A DNA stretch of 63,943 nucleotides, filler included, from Lama guanicoe (GCA_013239625.1; 74 parts of 71 records of this genome joined end to end with filler, not necessarily neighbours in it); one strand, 5' to 3'; positions 11,898 through 25,519 are shown, counted from the whole stretch's first letter. The notes: a model not told the origin generated them from the letters alone. Numbers and translations: made by a program.

Positions 11898-12406
11898 AAG
11901 ATCAGAGAGGAATTAAATACAATAGAGATTAACAAGACCATAAAAAGAATCAACCAAACCAAAAGCTGGCTTTTTGAAAAAGTAAATAAAATTGACAAAC
12001 CTCTGGCCAAACTCACAAAGAAGAAAAAACAGAGGGGACAAATTAGCAAAATAAGAAAGGAAAATGGAGAAATTACAACAAATAAATTAGAAATACAGAA
12101 TATCATACGAGAATATTATGAAAAACTATATGGAACCAAACTGGATAACCTAGAGGAGATGGACAAGTTTCTGGAAACATACACAAGTTTCTGGAAACAT
12201 ACTGTCCACCAAGACTGAATCAAGAAGAATCTGAACACTTGAACAATCTGATCACTAGAAAGGAAACAGAAATAGCAATTAAAAACCTCCCTACAAATAA
12301 AAGTCCAGGACCGGACAGCTTCACCTGAGAATTCTACCAAACATACAAAGAAGAACTATACCAGTCCTTCTCAAACTCTTTCAGATGATTGAAAAGGAGG
12401 GAATAC
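11898..12406 (+). mobile_element. L1 ORF2 EN-RT linker fragment
   Basis: [24 protein letters not shown]...[23 protein letters not shown]; a 20-bp tandem duplication near 12163-12202 shifts the frame. Confidence 0.95.
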
Positions 12407-12506
12407 NNNNNNNNNNNNNNNNNNNNNNNNNNNNNNNNNNNNNNNNNNNNTTAATTAATTAANNNNNNNNNNNNNNNNNNNNNNNNNNNNNNNNNNNNNN
12501 NNNNNN

Positions 12507-12840
12507 AGACCTTCTTCAAGATACATCATATGCAAATTGGGAAGTAAATGCCAGACAAAAATTTTAAAGGCAGACAATAAAACTTACGTTAATCTACATA
12601 GGAACCCCCATTAGGCTATCAGCAGATTGCTGAGCAGAAAACACACACCAAGGGTAATTAAATGGACATTTTCAAACTACTGAAATAAGAAATCTCTCAC
12701 CCAAGGATACTCTAACTTGAACAGTTATCACTTAGGTGTAAAGTAAAAATAAAGTATTTACCAGACAAACAAAATTGAGTGAGATGTAAAAAAGAAAACT
12801 GAGACACATTACAAGAGGTTCAGAAAGGTTCTATTCTAAG
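12507..12840 (+). mobile_element. Degenerate L1 ORF1 C-terminal half
   Basis: ggaacccccattaggctatcagcagat (GTPIRLSAD) and ccaaggatactc (PRIL) ORF1 motifs. Confidence 0.75.
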
Positions 12841-13362
12841 AAGAATAAAATGGCAAATATACACAAAACATTGAACAAAATACGAAGCAGAGACAACGAG
12901 AAAGTTGCAACGAGAAAGTTTCTTTGGGTATGTTTTTAAATGCTACTATTCTATATGAATTAAGGAGAAAAAAAAAGTAATTCATTTGCAATAAATATAG
13001 GTACTTCATCTTGTTAACATGTTCAAAACAGAAAAAGAAATAATTTNNNNNNNNNNGAGTCAGTAAACATAAAAGGTAATGAGTAAAGGTAAAATAATAT
13101 TAAAGGAAGATGCTATCAGCAGAAAAAGGACTAAATTATACATGAGATTTTTTATTTTTAATTGAAGTAGAGTAGATGTGCTATATTGTGTAGTTTCAGA
13201 TGAACAGCATAGAGATTCCAACCACTTTTTAGATTATATTGCATTATAAATTATGACAATAANNNNNNNNNNNNNNNNNNNNNNNNNNNNNNNNNNNNNN
13301 NNNNNNTTAATTAATTAANNNNNNNNNNNNNNNNNNNNNNNNNNNNNNNNNNNNNNNNNNNN

Positions 13363-14303
13363 GAACACAAATTATAGAATATATAAAAGAGAATATAGAA
13401 TCCTGAATTTGTAAATGGAATGCTGAACTCAGAATTTAGAATATGTTGAATAAAGAATTCTGAGTATAGAATTTAGAATATAGAATGTAGAACACAGAAT
13501 ATAGAATATGGAATACAGAATACTGAATATAGAATTTAGAACATGGAATGCAGAACACAGAATTTAGAATATAGAATATAGAATNNNNNNNNNNNNNNNN
13601 NNNNNNNNNNNNNNNNNNNNNNNNNNNNNNNNNNNNNNNNNNNNNATAGAATACGGAGTGCAGAATATAGAATGTAGAAAATAGAATGAAGAACACAAAG
13701 TATACAATATATAAAAGAGACTATACAATCCAGAATTTGAAAATGGAATGCAAAACTCAGAATTTTGAATTCAGAATACAGAATACTGAATATAGAAATT
13801 AGAACATCGAATGCAGAAAACAGAATATATAATATAAAATACGGAATGCGGAATATAGAATACAGAGCATAGAATATAGAACACAGAATATAGAATATGG
13901 AAAACAGAATAAAGAACCCATAATATACAAGAAGGAATGCAGAACACAGAATTTAGAATATAGAATACAGAATACTGAATATTAAGTTAAGAATATTGAA
14001 TTTAGAACACAGAATATAGAATATAGAATACGGAATGCAGAATTTAGAATACAGAATATAGAATATAGAACACAGAATATAGAATATGGAAAACAGAATA
14101 CAGAACCNNNNNNNNNNNNNNNNNNNNNNNNNNNNNNNNNNNNNNNNNNNNNNNNNNNNNNNNNNNNNNNNNNNNNNNNNNNNNNNNNCTAAGAATAGAG
14201 AATACCAAATGCAGTACACAAAGCTTAGAATACAGAATACAGTATCCTAAATAAGGAATATAGAACATGGAATGCAGAACACAGAATTTAGAATATAAAA
14301 TAC
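13363..14303 (-). repeat. AT-rich heptamer satellite (reverse)
   Basis: Same 7-bp/63-bp pattern. Confidence 0.93.
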
Positions 14304-14419
14304 NNNNNNNNNNNNNNNNNNNNNNNNNNNNNNNNNNNNNNNNNNNNTTAATTAATTAANNNNNNNNNNNNNNNNNNNNNNNNNNNNNNNNNNNNNNNNN
14401 NNNCAGAGATTCTGTTTAT

Positions 14420-14690
14420 CTGTCTACCCACCAACCCACCCATTCATCCATCCACCGATCCATCCTACCATCCAAACACCCACCCATCCATCCACTCACC
14501 CAACCACACATCCGTCCACACATCTACACATTGATCTATCCAAACATCCATCCACCCACCAGTCCATCACCACCCATTCACCCAGCCATCCATCCACCCA
14601 TCTGCCCATGCAGCCACCCATCCAGCCACCCATCCACCCATCCATCCACCCTCCCACCTGTCTGTTCACCTACCCACTCACCCACCCAGA
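14420..14690. repeat. Degenerate (CCAT/CCAC)n tetranucleotide tract, probably an expanded L2 tail
   Basis: catccatccacc units followed by antisense L2-like ttattgagtgtctactgtg...ggagctcacag. Confidence 0.8.
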
Positions 14691-15485
14691 AGCAAAGTTA
14701 TTGAGTGTCTACTGTGACACTAGCCCATGGAGGAGCCCACGGAGGATGCTGTCCTCGAGGAGCTCACAGCCTGATGGACAGCAGCGGCTACACAGGGCAG
14801 CGAGGGTGGTGACAGGAAAACGGTTGGGTAAGGACCAGGTCTCGAGATGGGAGTGACTGGAAGGTGACTGACCTCCTGAGGTGCAGTGACACTTTACCTC
14901 CAAGTAGGCTGTGCCAGTGGCACCTGCTCAGTGGAGCTGGGCTGACCTAGCCCCTCCCCACCTCACCCGGAACAAGCACCCCTGTGCTGGGCCTCCCACC
15001 TTTCACACACAGGGCGGGGGGGGGGGTGGCAGGGAGGAGGGTTAACGTCTTCCCTGTAAGTCGTGCAGGCCCGAGGGGCTGATGTGGGGCTGGGCCTGCA
15101 CACCCCAGGCCTTTCGGAACCTTGGAAGGTGCAGGAAGAGGACGTGCAGCGGGGTCTGAGTTTCCCTTTCTGGTGTCTTGGGGTGGACGTGGGGAGGGTG
15201 GGCACGGCTAGTGTTTCATTTGCCTGCCCTCAAGTCCTCAGACACGTACCTGCCAGGGACCCTGTGGTCTCCCTTGGGTGTGCAGAGGCCTAGGAACCCA
15301 TGGCTTCCCTTGGCGCCCCCTCCATCTGCCCACTGGGGCTGGACCAGAGCCGCGGAGCTGGGGCTGGGCCCAGGGTCTGCGAAGGNNNNNNNNNNNNNNN
15401 NNNNNNNNNNNNNNNNNNNNNNNNNNNNNTTAATTAATTAANNNNNNNNNNNNNNNNNNNNNNNNNNNNNNNNNNNNNNNNNNNN

Positions 15486-15620
15486 CTGAGTCTGCTCAGA
15501 GGGCACCATTGTGAGTGGCTGCAGGCCTGTCTTCCCTGTGGGGTGGCGGCAGTGCTGATGACTTGGTTTCAGCATTCTTTGTTTAGTGACATGGTTGCAG
15601 TATTTTCATTCACATTGTAG
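15486..15620. mobile_element. Possible ERV1 (MER41-like) LTR fragment
   Basis: gcaccattgtg...gtggcggcagtgctgatgacttg...cagcattctttgtttagtgacatgg resembles MER41-type LTR ends; recognised from memory only. Confidence 0.35.
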
Positions 15621-16076
15621 CATTTTTGTTCACAGGAAATTATGATATTACACTGATTATGGATAATCTGACTNNNNNNNNNNNNNNNNNNNNNNNNNNN
15701 NNNNNNNNNNNNNNNNNNNNNNNNNNNNNNNNNNNNNNNNNNNNNNNNNNNNGATTCAGTGGTGAATGGGAAGGGTTTCTGCACGTTACAGGAGAAGGCA
15801 AGGGAGAATTCCTCTTCTTTGTGGGCAGGGACGTGAGTCCAACTTTTCTTTCTGAAGTGCTTTCTGAGAAGTGTTTATGGTTATTAACCAACATTGACAA
15901 ATGGTGGCACACATTGCATTTAAGAGCTGGTCGGCTTCAAACTTCGGTATTGGACAGGTGGAATTCATAGGAAAGTNNNNNNNNNNNNNNNNNNNNNNNN
16001 NNNNNNNNNNNNNNNNNNNNTTAATTAATTAANNNNNNNNNNNNNNNNNNNNNNNNNNNNNNNNNNNNNNNNNNNN

Positions 16077-16607
16077 TAGATGATTCTTTCTTGGCTTTTC
16101 AGTTTCACTCTGATTTTTCTACAGAAAACTTTTCAGACAATTTTTATTTTTTTATCTCTTGCTTTTCCATTTGGGACTGGTCCGAATCCAAGTTTTTCAT
16201 GCCTTGTCTTACCCAGGATTCAACAGCAATGTTTTCATTGGTTTGCACTTGCTTTCCTATGTCTGCTTCTGACCGAGGGATTTCTGTTCCCCTGTCTTCA
16301 CAGTCATTCACGTGTCCCTCCGCATTATCTAGTCTGCTTAGGACTGAATTTTAGCCCTGATATTATCTCATCCACTGAGTTTTCTGATATTATTTGGCTC
16401 GTCTTAAGGCTTTCTCTTCCCCTTTTCTGGTATTCTGCCTTTTGTGATTCTGAGACACTGTTGTTCTTCAGTGTTTCCCTCACCTCCAATTTCAATACTT
16501 GCTCTGGATAGAGTTTTGCATTCTAGTTGTTTGAAAGCTTATCTTTTGGGACTTCAATCTCATTGGAATTGAAAATGGTACTTCCTGTTTCTTTTAATGT
16601 ACTTCTT
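16077..16607 (-). repeat. Family B large-unit repeat
   Basis: Matches 30479-30857 and 44745-45110. Confidence 0.88.
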
Positions 16608-16707
16608 NNNNNNNNNNNNNNNNNNNNNNNNNNNNNNNNNNNNNNNNNNNNTTAATTAATTAANNNNNNNNNNNNNNNNNNNNNNNNNNNNNNNNNNNNN
16701 NNNNNNN

Positions 16708-18062
16708 GCTCATGAACTTTGTTGATTTGGATCATACAGCTACTGCTAAGTCTATTTGTATTCCACCTCTTTTGGACGCTGTGTACTCCCTGAATTCGCC
16801 TAGATGATTCTATCTTGGCTTTCAGCAAGTTTCAGTCTGATTTTTCTACACATAACTTTTCAAACATTGTTTGTTTCTTTATCTCTTGCTTTTCCATCNN
16901 NNNNNNNNNNNNNNNNNNNNNNNNNNNNNNNNNNNNNNNNNNNNNNNNNNNNNNNNNNNNNNNNNNNNNNNNNNNNNNNNNNNNNNNNNNNNNNNNNNNN
17001 NNNNNNNNNNNNNNNNNNNNNNNNNNNNNNNNNNNNNNNNNNNNNNNNNNNNNNNNNNNNNNNNNNNNNNNNNNNNNNNNNNNNNNNNNNNNNNNNNNNN
17101 NNNNNNNNNNNNNNNNNNNNNNNNNNNNNNNNNNNNNNNNNNNNNNNNNNNNNNNNNNNNNNNNNNNNNNNNNNNNNNNNNNNNNNNNNNNNNNNNNNNN
17201 NNNNNNNNNNTTCTTCAGTGTTTCCCTCACCTCCATTTTCAATACTTGCTCTGGAGAGCGTTTTGCAGTCTAGTTGTCTGAAAGCTTATCTTTAGGGCCT
17301 TCAATCTCTTTGGAACTGAAAATGGTACTTCCTTTCTTTTACTGTATTTCTTCAACTCTACTGGTCAGTTAATTTCAGGTATCTAATGTAGACTTCTAGG
17401 GCTTTTTGAAGTGAAAATTTTAGACTCTTGGCTCTACACAATTGCATGGGATTTCTGTGAGGACAAATTTTCCTAGACATTGANNNNNNNNNNNNNNNNN
17501 NNNNNNNNNNNNNNNNNNNNNNNNNNNNNNNNNNNNNNNNNNNNNNNNNNNNNNNNNNNNNNNNNNNNNNNNNNNNNNNNNNNNNNNNNNNNNNNNNNNN
17601 NNNNNNNNNNNNNNNNNNNNNNNNNNNNNNNNNNNNNNNNNNNNNNNNNNNNNNNNNNNNNNNNNNNNNNNNNNNNNNNNNNNNNNNNNNNNNNNNNNNN
17701 NNNNNNNNNNNNNNNNNNNNNNNNNNNNNNNNNNNNNNNNNNNNNNNNNNNNNNNNNNNNNNNNNNNNNNNNNNNNNNNNNNNNNNNNNNNNNNNNNNNN
17801 NNNNNNNNNNNNNNNNNNNNNNNNNNNNNNNNNNNNNNNNNNNNNNNNNNNNNNNNNNNNNNNNNNNNNNNNNNNNNNNNNNNNNNNNNNNNNNNNNNNN
17901 NNNNNNNNNNNNNNNNNNNNNNNNNNNNNNNNNNNNNNNNNNNNNNNNATCCTTCCTCATGCTGTGGTTTTGGACCACACTTCTTGTCCTCTCATCCTTG
18001 TGGTACGGGTGCAGGAGGGCAACCACAGAGCTGTTGCACATCCTGTGCCTCAAACCAAACCA
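16708..18062 (-). repeat. Family B large-unit repeat (gapped scaffold spanning most of the unit)
   Basis: Three islands match 30441+, 44946-45241 and the reverse of 44205-44315. Confidence 0.88.
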
Positions 18063-19028
18063 TNNNNNNNNNNNNNNNNNNNNNNNNNNNNNNNNNNNNN
18101 NNNNNNNTTAATTAATTAANNNNNNNNNNNNNNNNNNNNNNNNNNNNNNNNNNNNNNNNNNNNGTGAATTAATAAATGACTGAAGATGGGTAAGAGTTGG
18201 AATTTTACAAAATTGTTTTTTTTTAAATTTATTAGTAGTATTTTTTTTTAAATTGGCTTTTTTATAGATTGTTTTAAAGTAGCTCTCCTGGCTTGCCTAT
18301 GAAGGAAGTAAAGAAGAATGAAAGTGGAAAACAGACATTAGAAGCATCTGTGACTTCACATGTATTTGAGAAGACTGTCTCACTGGCGGGTGGTCTCCTA
18401 CACATGAATGACAACAGCAGGTTAAGTGAAGGAGATCTAGGTCATGGCAGGGAAAATCTACAAATTCTTTATTTCTAGGTGAAGACATTGGCAGTGGAAA
18501 TAGAACAGCATCATATAGTGCAAAGGCCTAGGCAAGGGATTTCTCAACTATCAGAGTAACACTGCCGAAAGGTTAAGATGAGGACAAGTGCCTTTGATCA
18601 GAAGTAGTTTCAATAATACGTCCCCATGGGCTGTAGTGAATCAGTCTAAACAACCCCTTAGAGAACATTCACTGGGAAGGCAAACTGGGTGATAACTGAA
18701 GGGGGATGTGGGGCTCGTGAGGGTCCCCCCTTTTTTTTTAATGATAAGATGGTAGTTTGTAGAGTATGTCTCTATGCTGTTGGAATTGATTCCATAGAAG
18801 ACATGTTTTTCAGTTTAACCTTGTTTGCATTTCCGATATTAGAAAGTGTATTGATTATATTACATTATCTTTAAAATATTGTAGTAAACTTCTATTCATG
18901 TATAGTTGTAAGGGCTTATTCATTGGTTCTGAAGTGTAATATTCTTACNNNNNNNNNNNNNNNNNNNNNNNNNNNNNNNNNNNNNNNNNNNNTTAATTAA
19001 TTAANNNNNNNNNNNNNNNNNNNNNNNN

Positions 19029-19777
19029 NNNNNNNNNNNNNNNNNNNNAACAGATTAAAACAAAAACAAAAAAAACAAAAAAACAAAACAAAACAAAAAA
19101 AACCAAAAAAAAAGGGGTTTGTCGGTGTTCTCCTGGAGTGTGTGTGCTTTTAATGTGATGTCCTTCTGTCTTCGTCCTGTTTTGGAAGCTCAGCTTGTTT
19201 TCATAGGCCCTCCGTTGGCGCCCTCTTCTGTGCTGCTCCCAGCACCTGTCGGCAAGCAGATCGCGCCTCCTCCTAACACGGGGTCAGNNNNNNNNNNNNN
19301 NNNNNNNNNNNNNNNNNNNNNNNNNNNNNNNNNNNNNNNNNNNNNNNNNNNNNNNNNNNNNNNNNNNNNNNNNNNNNNNNNNNNNNNNNNNNNNNNNNNN
19401 NNNNNNNNNNNNNNNNNNNNNNNNNNNNNNNNNNNNNNNNNNNNNNNNNNNNNNNNNNNNNNNNNNNNNNNNNNNNNNNNNNNNNNNNNNNNNNNNNNNN
19501 NNNNNNNNNNNNNNNNNNNNNNNNNNNNNNNNGCGCTCTGCGGGTGGGCTCGGGGAAGACCGAGGGGCAGCCTCGTCCCTGCTCCGAGCCAAGACCCAGC
19601 TGCCTGTTCGTCCCTGTGGAGCAAGTTCCCCGGGGGACCAGAATGGAAGGATCCTATCTGCCCAGGGCTGCAGGCCCGTCTCAGTCTGGCCCCCGAGGCT
19701 GCCAAGCCCCTTGGTGCGGACGCAGGTCTCGCCCCTGCCCCCGCCTGGGTGTTAAGCGCCGGAGAATATGGCGGCTC
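19029..19777 (-). mobile_element. Probable L1 5'UTR (CpG-rich) followed by T-rich pre-ORF1 tract
   Basis: CpG-rich segment homologous to 6158-6668; on the minus strand it runs into a GTTTT-rich tract typical of laurasiatherian L1 upstream of ORF1. Confidence 0.6.
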
Positions 19778-20299
19778 NNNNNNNNNNNNNNNNNNNNNNN
19801 NNNNNNNNNNNNNNNNNNNNNTTAATTAATTAANNNNNNNNNNNNNNNNNNNNNNNNNNNNNNNNNNNNNNNNNNNNTCACTAGAAACCTCTTTTCATTT
19901 TTGAGTGTGTCTTTGTTTGGAATCTCGTTGATTTATCACATTTTATAGTGCATTCAGTATGCATTTATGTAAAAAATAAACATTATTCTGCAAAAAATGT
20001 TTTCTGAGAATAGATTAAAAAAATGTTTAAGAGCTTTGTAGCAGGAAAGCATAAACTGAACAGTCCTATGTCAGGAAGGTCTACAACCTTCTCCTGGTTT
20101 TACCTTCTTTTCTTCCTTATCAGAGTCTCTGCCTTTTCTTTTCAATTTTCACCCCCATGGGGAAATGTCTGTCTCTTTGTCAAGGTCAAATTTAAATGTC
20201 AGCACATTGTGAGGCTGGTCTCACTTCCAGTTCTGTCTTCCTTTTGTCAATCTCTTCATTTTCTGCCATTCTGAATCATTCACATTTACTTCCTTTATA

Positions 20300-20449
20300 G
20301 TAGTTTAGAAAAATCAGTCCTGCAGTGTTGATAGGATTAGAGTAATGAGATGAGGAGGCAGGAACACTAGTTAAGAGTCTGATTGCATAATCCAAGTAAG
20401 AATTGATGCTGACCTGATATAAAGTAATGTGGTGGAGATGAACAGAAAA
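20300..20449 (-). mobile_element. L2 fragment
   Basis: ggaggcaggaacactagttaagagtctgattgcataatccaagtaagaattgatg matches antisense L2. Confidence 0.65.
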
Positions 20450-21341
20450 NNNNNNNNNNNNNNNNNNNNNNNNNNNNNNNNNNNNNNNNNNNNNNNNNNN
20501 NNNNNNNNNNNNNNNNNNNNNNNNNNNNNNNNNNNNNNNNNNNNNNNNNNNNNNNNNNNNNNNNNNNNNNNNNNNNNNNNNNNNNNNNNNNNNNNNNNNN
20601 NNNNNNNNNNNNNNNNNNNNNNNNNNNNNNNNNNNNNNNNNNNNNNNNNNNNNNNNNNNNNNNNNNNNNNNNNNNNNNNNNNNNNNNNNNNNNNNNNNNN
20701 NNNNNNNNNNNNNNNNNNNNNNNNNNNNNNNNNNNNNNNNNNNNNNNNNNNNNNNNNNNNNNNNNNNNNNNNNNNNNNNNNNNNNNNNNNNNNNNNNNNN
20801 NNNNNNNNNNNNNNNNNNNNNNNNNNNNNNNNNNNNNNNNNNNNNNNNNNNNNNNNNNNNNNNNNNNNNNNNNNNNNNNNNNNNNNNNNNNNNNNNNNNN
20901 NNNNNNNNNNNNNNNNNNNNNNNNNNNNNNNNNNNNNNNNNNNNNNNNNNNNNNNNNNNNNNNNNNNNNNNNNNNNNNNNNNNNNNNNNNNNNNNNNNNN
21001 NNAACTCCTGAACACAGATAAGCAAACCAGACCTCCTCTGAAGAAGCCAGGTGCTCACCATGATCACATTGTCAAACCATGGGAAGATGTTACTCCTTGC
21101 TAACCACACTCTTGAATCAAATGATTAAGTTCCAAAGCTTCAACATTGTGTTTTTACTGATGCTTTCAAAATGTGTATCTCCAATCTCAATGTCTCCAAT
21201 GAATGGAAGACAATATATTTTATGGGGTACTCAACTCAAATNNNNNNNNNNNNNNNNNNNNNNNNNNNNNNNNNNNNNNNNNNNNTTAATTAATTAANNN
21301 NNNNNNNNNNNNNNNNNNNNNNNNNNNNNNNNNNNNNNNNN

Positions 21342-21630
21342 CTGCTTCAAGTTCATTACTCCGTGAGCTCTGCCAGGATTGCCTTGTTCCCTCCTATCTG
21401 CCTCACACCCCACCGCCATCACCTGAGTTTGCTCATATCACTCGTATTTTTCCCCAAGCTCTTGCTACCCCTAACATGCTGCTTGTTTCCTCTGCTAAAA
21501 CTCTGAGCCCCCAGGGATGGGGAGTCGTGTCTATTTTGTTGAATAATAAAGCCCAAGAGCCTTGGGAACGGGTCTAGTTACTAGATTCCCATATGTAGTA
21601 GGAGCTTACACAGATTTGCTGAATGAATGC
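21342..21630 (+). mobile_element. L2 3' end
   Basis: gtgtctattttgtt...gtagtaggagctta...atttgctgaatgaatg terminus. Confidence 0.7.
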
Positions 21631-21947
21631 AGAGGTCCTGGTCCAATCCGATGGAGNNNNNNNNNNNNNNNNNNNNNNNNNNNNNTGCTCAAAGATCTCC
21701 TTTCCCCCTGAGAGGGGGTGACCACTTCCTTGGTGATCAAAGGCAAGGTCTATTTTCTTTATACTGTTAACCTTAGGCTGGGAGACTGGGGGATCTTCAT
21801 TTATATTTTAAAATTTGATTCACTCTGTNNNNNNNNNNNNNNNNNNNNNNNNNNNNNNNNNNNNNNNNNNNNTTAATTAATTAANNNNNNNNNNNNNNNN
21901 NNNNNNNNNNNNNNNNNNNNNNNNNNNNAGGAGAGTTGTAAACCACT

Positions 21948-22180
21948 GTAATATTAATTTGACATTTGTTGAGCACCAAAAATATGCTACATTATTTTCT
22001 GAGCGTTTTACAGAAATGAATCCTTCAATCTTCTCAACAAGCGAGTAAGGAAGGTTTGATTGTTATCCCAGTTTTACAGTGTGGAAATTGAGGCACACAG
22101 AGGGTAAGTTGACCAAGGTCACAGAACTAGTAAGTGGCAGAGGAAGTATTTTAACCCTGGCTGTATGGTATTGTGGCTCC
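21948..22180 (-). mobile_element. MIR SINE
   Basis: acatttgttgagcac...ttatcccagttttacagtgtggaaattgaggcacacagagggtaagt...ccaaggtcacag...agtaagtggcagag core. Confidence 0.88.
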
Positions 22181-22871
22181 CAGAATGGGCTTTGGGTGTT
22201 TAGATGTATCTGCATCCCTCGATTTCTGTANNNNNNNNNNNNNNNNNNNNNNNNNNNNNNNNNNNNNNNNNNNNNNNNNNNNNNNNNNNNNNNNNNNNNN
22301 NNNNNNNNNNNNNNNNNNNNNNNNNNNNNNNNNNNNNNNNNNNNNNNNNNNNNNNNNNNNNNNNNNNNNNNNNNNNNNNNNNNNNNNNNNNNNNNNNNNN
22401 NNNNNNNNNNNNNNNNNNNNNNNNNNNNNNNNNNNNNNNNNNNNNNNNNNNNNNNNNNNNNNNNNNNNNNNNNNNNNNNNNNNNNNNNNNNNNNNNNNNN
22501 NNNNNNNNNNNNNNNNNNNNNNNNNNNNNNNNNNNNNNNNNNNNNNNNNNNNNNNNNNTAAATTTCTGGTTTTCTTGCATCAGTGTCTCATGAGTTTGGT
22601 TAATGTGAAACCAGTCCATGGGAGCCCAGGGGTTATGACGGTATAAATTTTTAGCACGTTGTGGCACTTCTAGCCGTGCAGACCTGACTGGGGGATGTAC
22701 GACTTTCTCACTGATTTCTCCTAACAGCAGGGTCCTCTCATGGATGTGAGGCTGGGAGCTCTCTGAGTAGCNNNNNNNNNNNNNNNNNNNNNNNNNNNNN
22801 NNNNNNNNNNNNNNNTTAATTAATTAANNNNNNNNNNNNNNNNNNNNNNNNNNNNNNNNNNNNNNNNNNNN

Positions 22872-24132
22872 GTTATTAACTAAAAACCCACAACATGGGA
22901 ATACCTGTGCTCCTTGAAAATAGCGTGAACTCTGTTTCCCCACCACCAGAACACACTTGAAGAAGTGTTCTGCTATCCTGAGTGTGGGCTGGCAATTTCA
23001 GGTGACAGAAGCGGCTGGGTTCTAATAGAATCCCTTAGCTTGTAATCCCTGAGTGTTTCCCTAGGACTGACTCTGAGAGAAACCTGGGGGTTGGGCTTTG
23101 AGGCCAAATAGTAGCGAGTGTCCCCGATGGACTGAGGAAGTATTTAGATGAATTCTCCATAAAGGGAAACACCTGAGCACCCATTCATCTGCGTGGAGTG
23201 GGGCTTCAAATCTCCCCACCACACAAGGTTGGGTTCCAGTATCCTGAGGGTGGGGTAGTTCCTCCAACTGACATCAGCGTCTTGGTTTTAATAGAATCCC
23301 TTTGCTTGTCTTCCCTGATGGTTTGCCTAGGACAGTGTGTGGTTGAAAGTGGAATTTGGGATCTGAAACTATTAGCGTGTGCTTCTCCATGGGCAGTGGA
23401 GATGTTTAAAGTACAACCCACAACTCGGGAATTACTGCGACCCTTGAAAAATGGGTGTGCTCTTTCCCCACGTACAGCACACCCAAGAAGTGTTCTGGGG
23501 TTCTGAGTTTGGGGAGGTTCCTCCAACAGACAGCAGCACCTGGGTTTTAATAGAATCCCTTAGCTTGACTTCCCTAAGTGTTTTCCTAGGCCTAGCAGTA
23601 AGCGATGGTGGGGGATGGGCTCTAAAGCCNNNNNNNNNNNNNNNNNNNNNNNNNNNNNNNNNNNNNNNNNNNNNNNNNNNNNNNNNNNNNNNNNNNNNNN
23701 NNNNNNNNNNNNNNNNNNNNNNNNNNNNNNNNNNNNNNNNNNNNNNNNNNNNNNNNNNNNNNNNNNNNNNNNNNNNNNNNNNNNNNNNNNNNNNNNNNNN
23801 NNNNNNNNNNNNNNNNNNNNNNNNNNNNNNNNNNNNNNNNNNNNNNNNNNNNNNNNNNNNNNNNNNNNNNNNNNNNNNNNNNNNNNNNNNNNNNNNNNNN
23901 NNNNNNNNNNNNNNNNNNNNNNNNNNNNNNNNNNNNNNNNNNNNNNNNNNNNNNNNNNNNNNNNNNNNNNNNNNNNNNNNNNNNNNNNNNNNNNNNNNNN
24001 NNNNNNNNNNNNGCACACACGCAATGTTCTGATATTCTGAGTTTGGGGAAGTTCCTCAAATTGACAGCAGCACCTGGGTTCTGTTAGTATCCCTTAGCTC
24101 CTGTTCCCTGAGTGTTCTTTTAGGCAAGGCCA
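22872..24132 (+). repeat. ~267-bp satellite, divergent CpG-poor subfamily (A2)
   Basis: Recurring ctgagt(g/t)tgggga..ttcctccaac.gacagcagc.cctgggtt.taatagaatccct at ~265-bp spacing. Confidence 0.88.
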
Positions 24133-25519
24133 NNNNNNNNNNNNNNNNNNNNNNNNNNNNNNNNNNNNNNNNNNNNTTAATTAATTAANNNNNNNNNNNN
24201 NNNNNNNNNNNNNNNNNNNNNNNNNNNNNNNNTTCTGTTTTTCCATGAATATTTTCAAACCACTGTTAGTTGAATCTGCTGAATAGGGAGCCCCTAGATA
24301 CGGAGAACCCCCAACCTCTTCTTTTCCACCTCCTAAATTTCCACTGCAAGCACTGAAGGAGTCCAAACATAGAAGAGCGCCATCTACCTGCTGAAAACGC
24401 TGAGGAATTCCTTCAGCTTATGTAGCGCAGGACAGAAGGTATAGGGACAACTAGTGGCAAAGGAGGGCCTGCCTGGAGAGGAAGGAGGAAGGATCGCAGT
24501 GGAAGCCAGCTCGTACCCTTACTGGAGCTAGCTGATAGCAGTGAGGGATGCCGAGGAACTGGAGACACGTCACATGGGGGGCAATCCTGGCCACCAGGTG
24601 CAGGGTTCACATAGCTGGGACCCAGTTTGCAAGATCAAAATAACAAGGGGGGAGAGGGGCTGCCTCAGCCCCGGGATCCTGACAACGGCCACAGTGCCGT
24701 GACTCTAGCTAATACGGCTCCCCTAGTAAGCCAGAAAAAGGAAACTCTGAGCCAAGATATTGCATATTCCACCGCAGGCACACGGATAACTAGATCTCTA
24801 AGCTGACAAAATGTAACCACCAGAAATGGGAATCTTTCCTTTTCTCTTCATTTGGACCTTTGGACAGGGAGCCACACATCTCTGACGGGAACNNNNNNNN
24901 NNNNNNNNNNNNNNNNNNNNNNNNNNNNNNNNNNNNNNNNNNNNNNNAGAAGTCAAAGTGGAAGCCCATCTGAGAAATGGTAAAAACATGCATCTCAATG
25001 AATCCGAGTTATGGCGAAAAGAAGGAGGAAGGTTAAGGAAATCTCTATCCAGCTGACAAGTCTAGCCAGTCATAAAAAGACAGGACTTTAAATCAAGAAA
25101 AATTTTTTGTTTTTTTGGTGATGATAAACAATGCCATATTTTAAAATAAGTCTTGGTCCATCAACAACACGCTGNNNNNNNNNNNNNNNNNNNNNNNNNN
25201 NNNNNNNNNNNNNNNNNNTTAATTAATTAANNNNNNNNNNNNNNNNNNNNNNNNNNNNNNNNNNNNNNNNNNNNGTAGCAGCTGGGCTTGCCGAATCCTT
25301 GATTTGCATTTGAAGCAGAATGCATCTTCTTGATGTCAAACTGATTTTCCTTGTCATGTCTGAATATTTCATGTACACTCAGCAACAGTTTCAAGTGAAA
25401 TGCTCTTGTCCAATTTCGGTTAACTAATATTTGCTGATCTCCTGCTTTCATGCTGAGGGCAGTTTCTTCTTCCTGTAATAAAATTTGCATTTACTATGGA
25501 AGGTACTATCCCGAGGTGC

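Noticed and set aside
16080..16511. ORF MILSWL... recurring at 16804 and 30482 in family B
   Set aside because: The reading frame differs between copies after indels, so there is no sign of coding constraint
24330..25174. Possible ERV leader or gag-like sequence
   Set aside because: No primer-binding site or gag motif that I could verify
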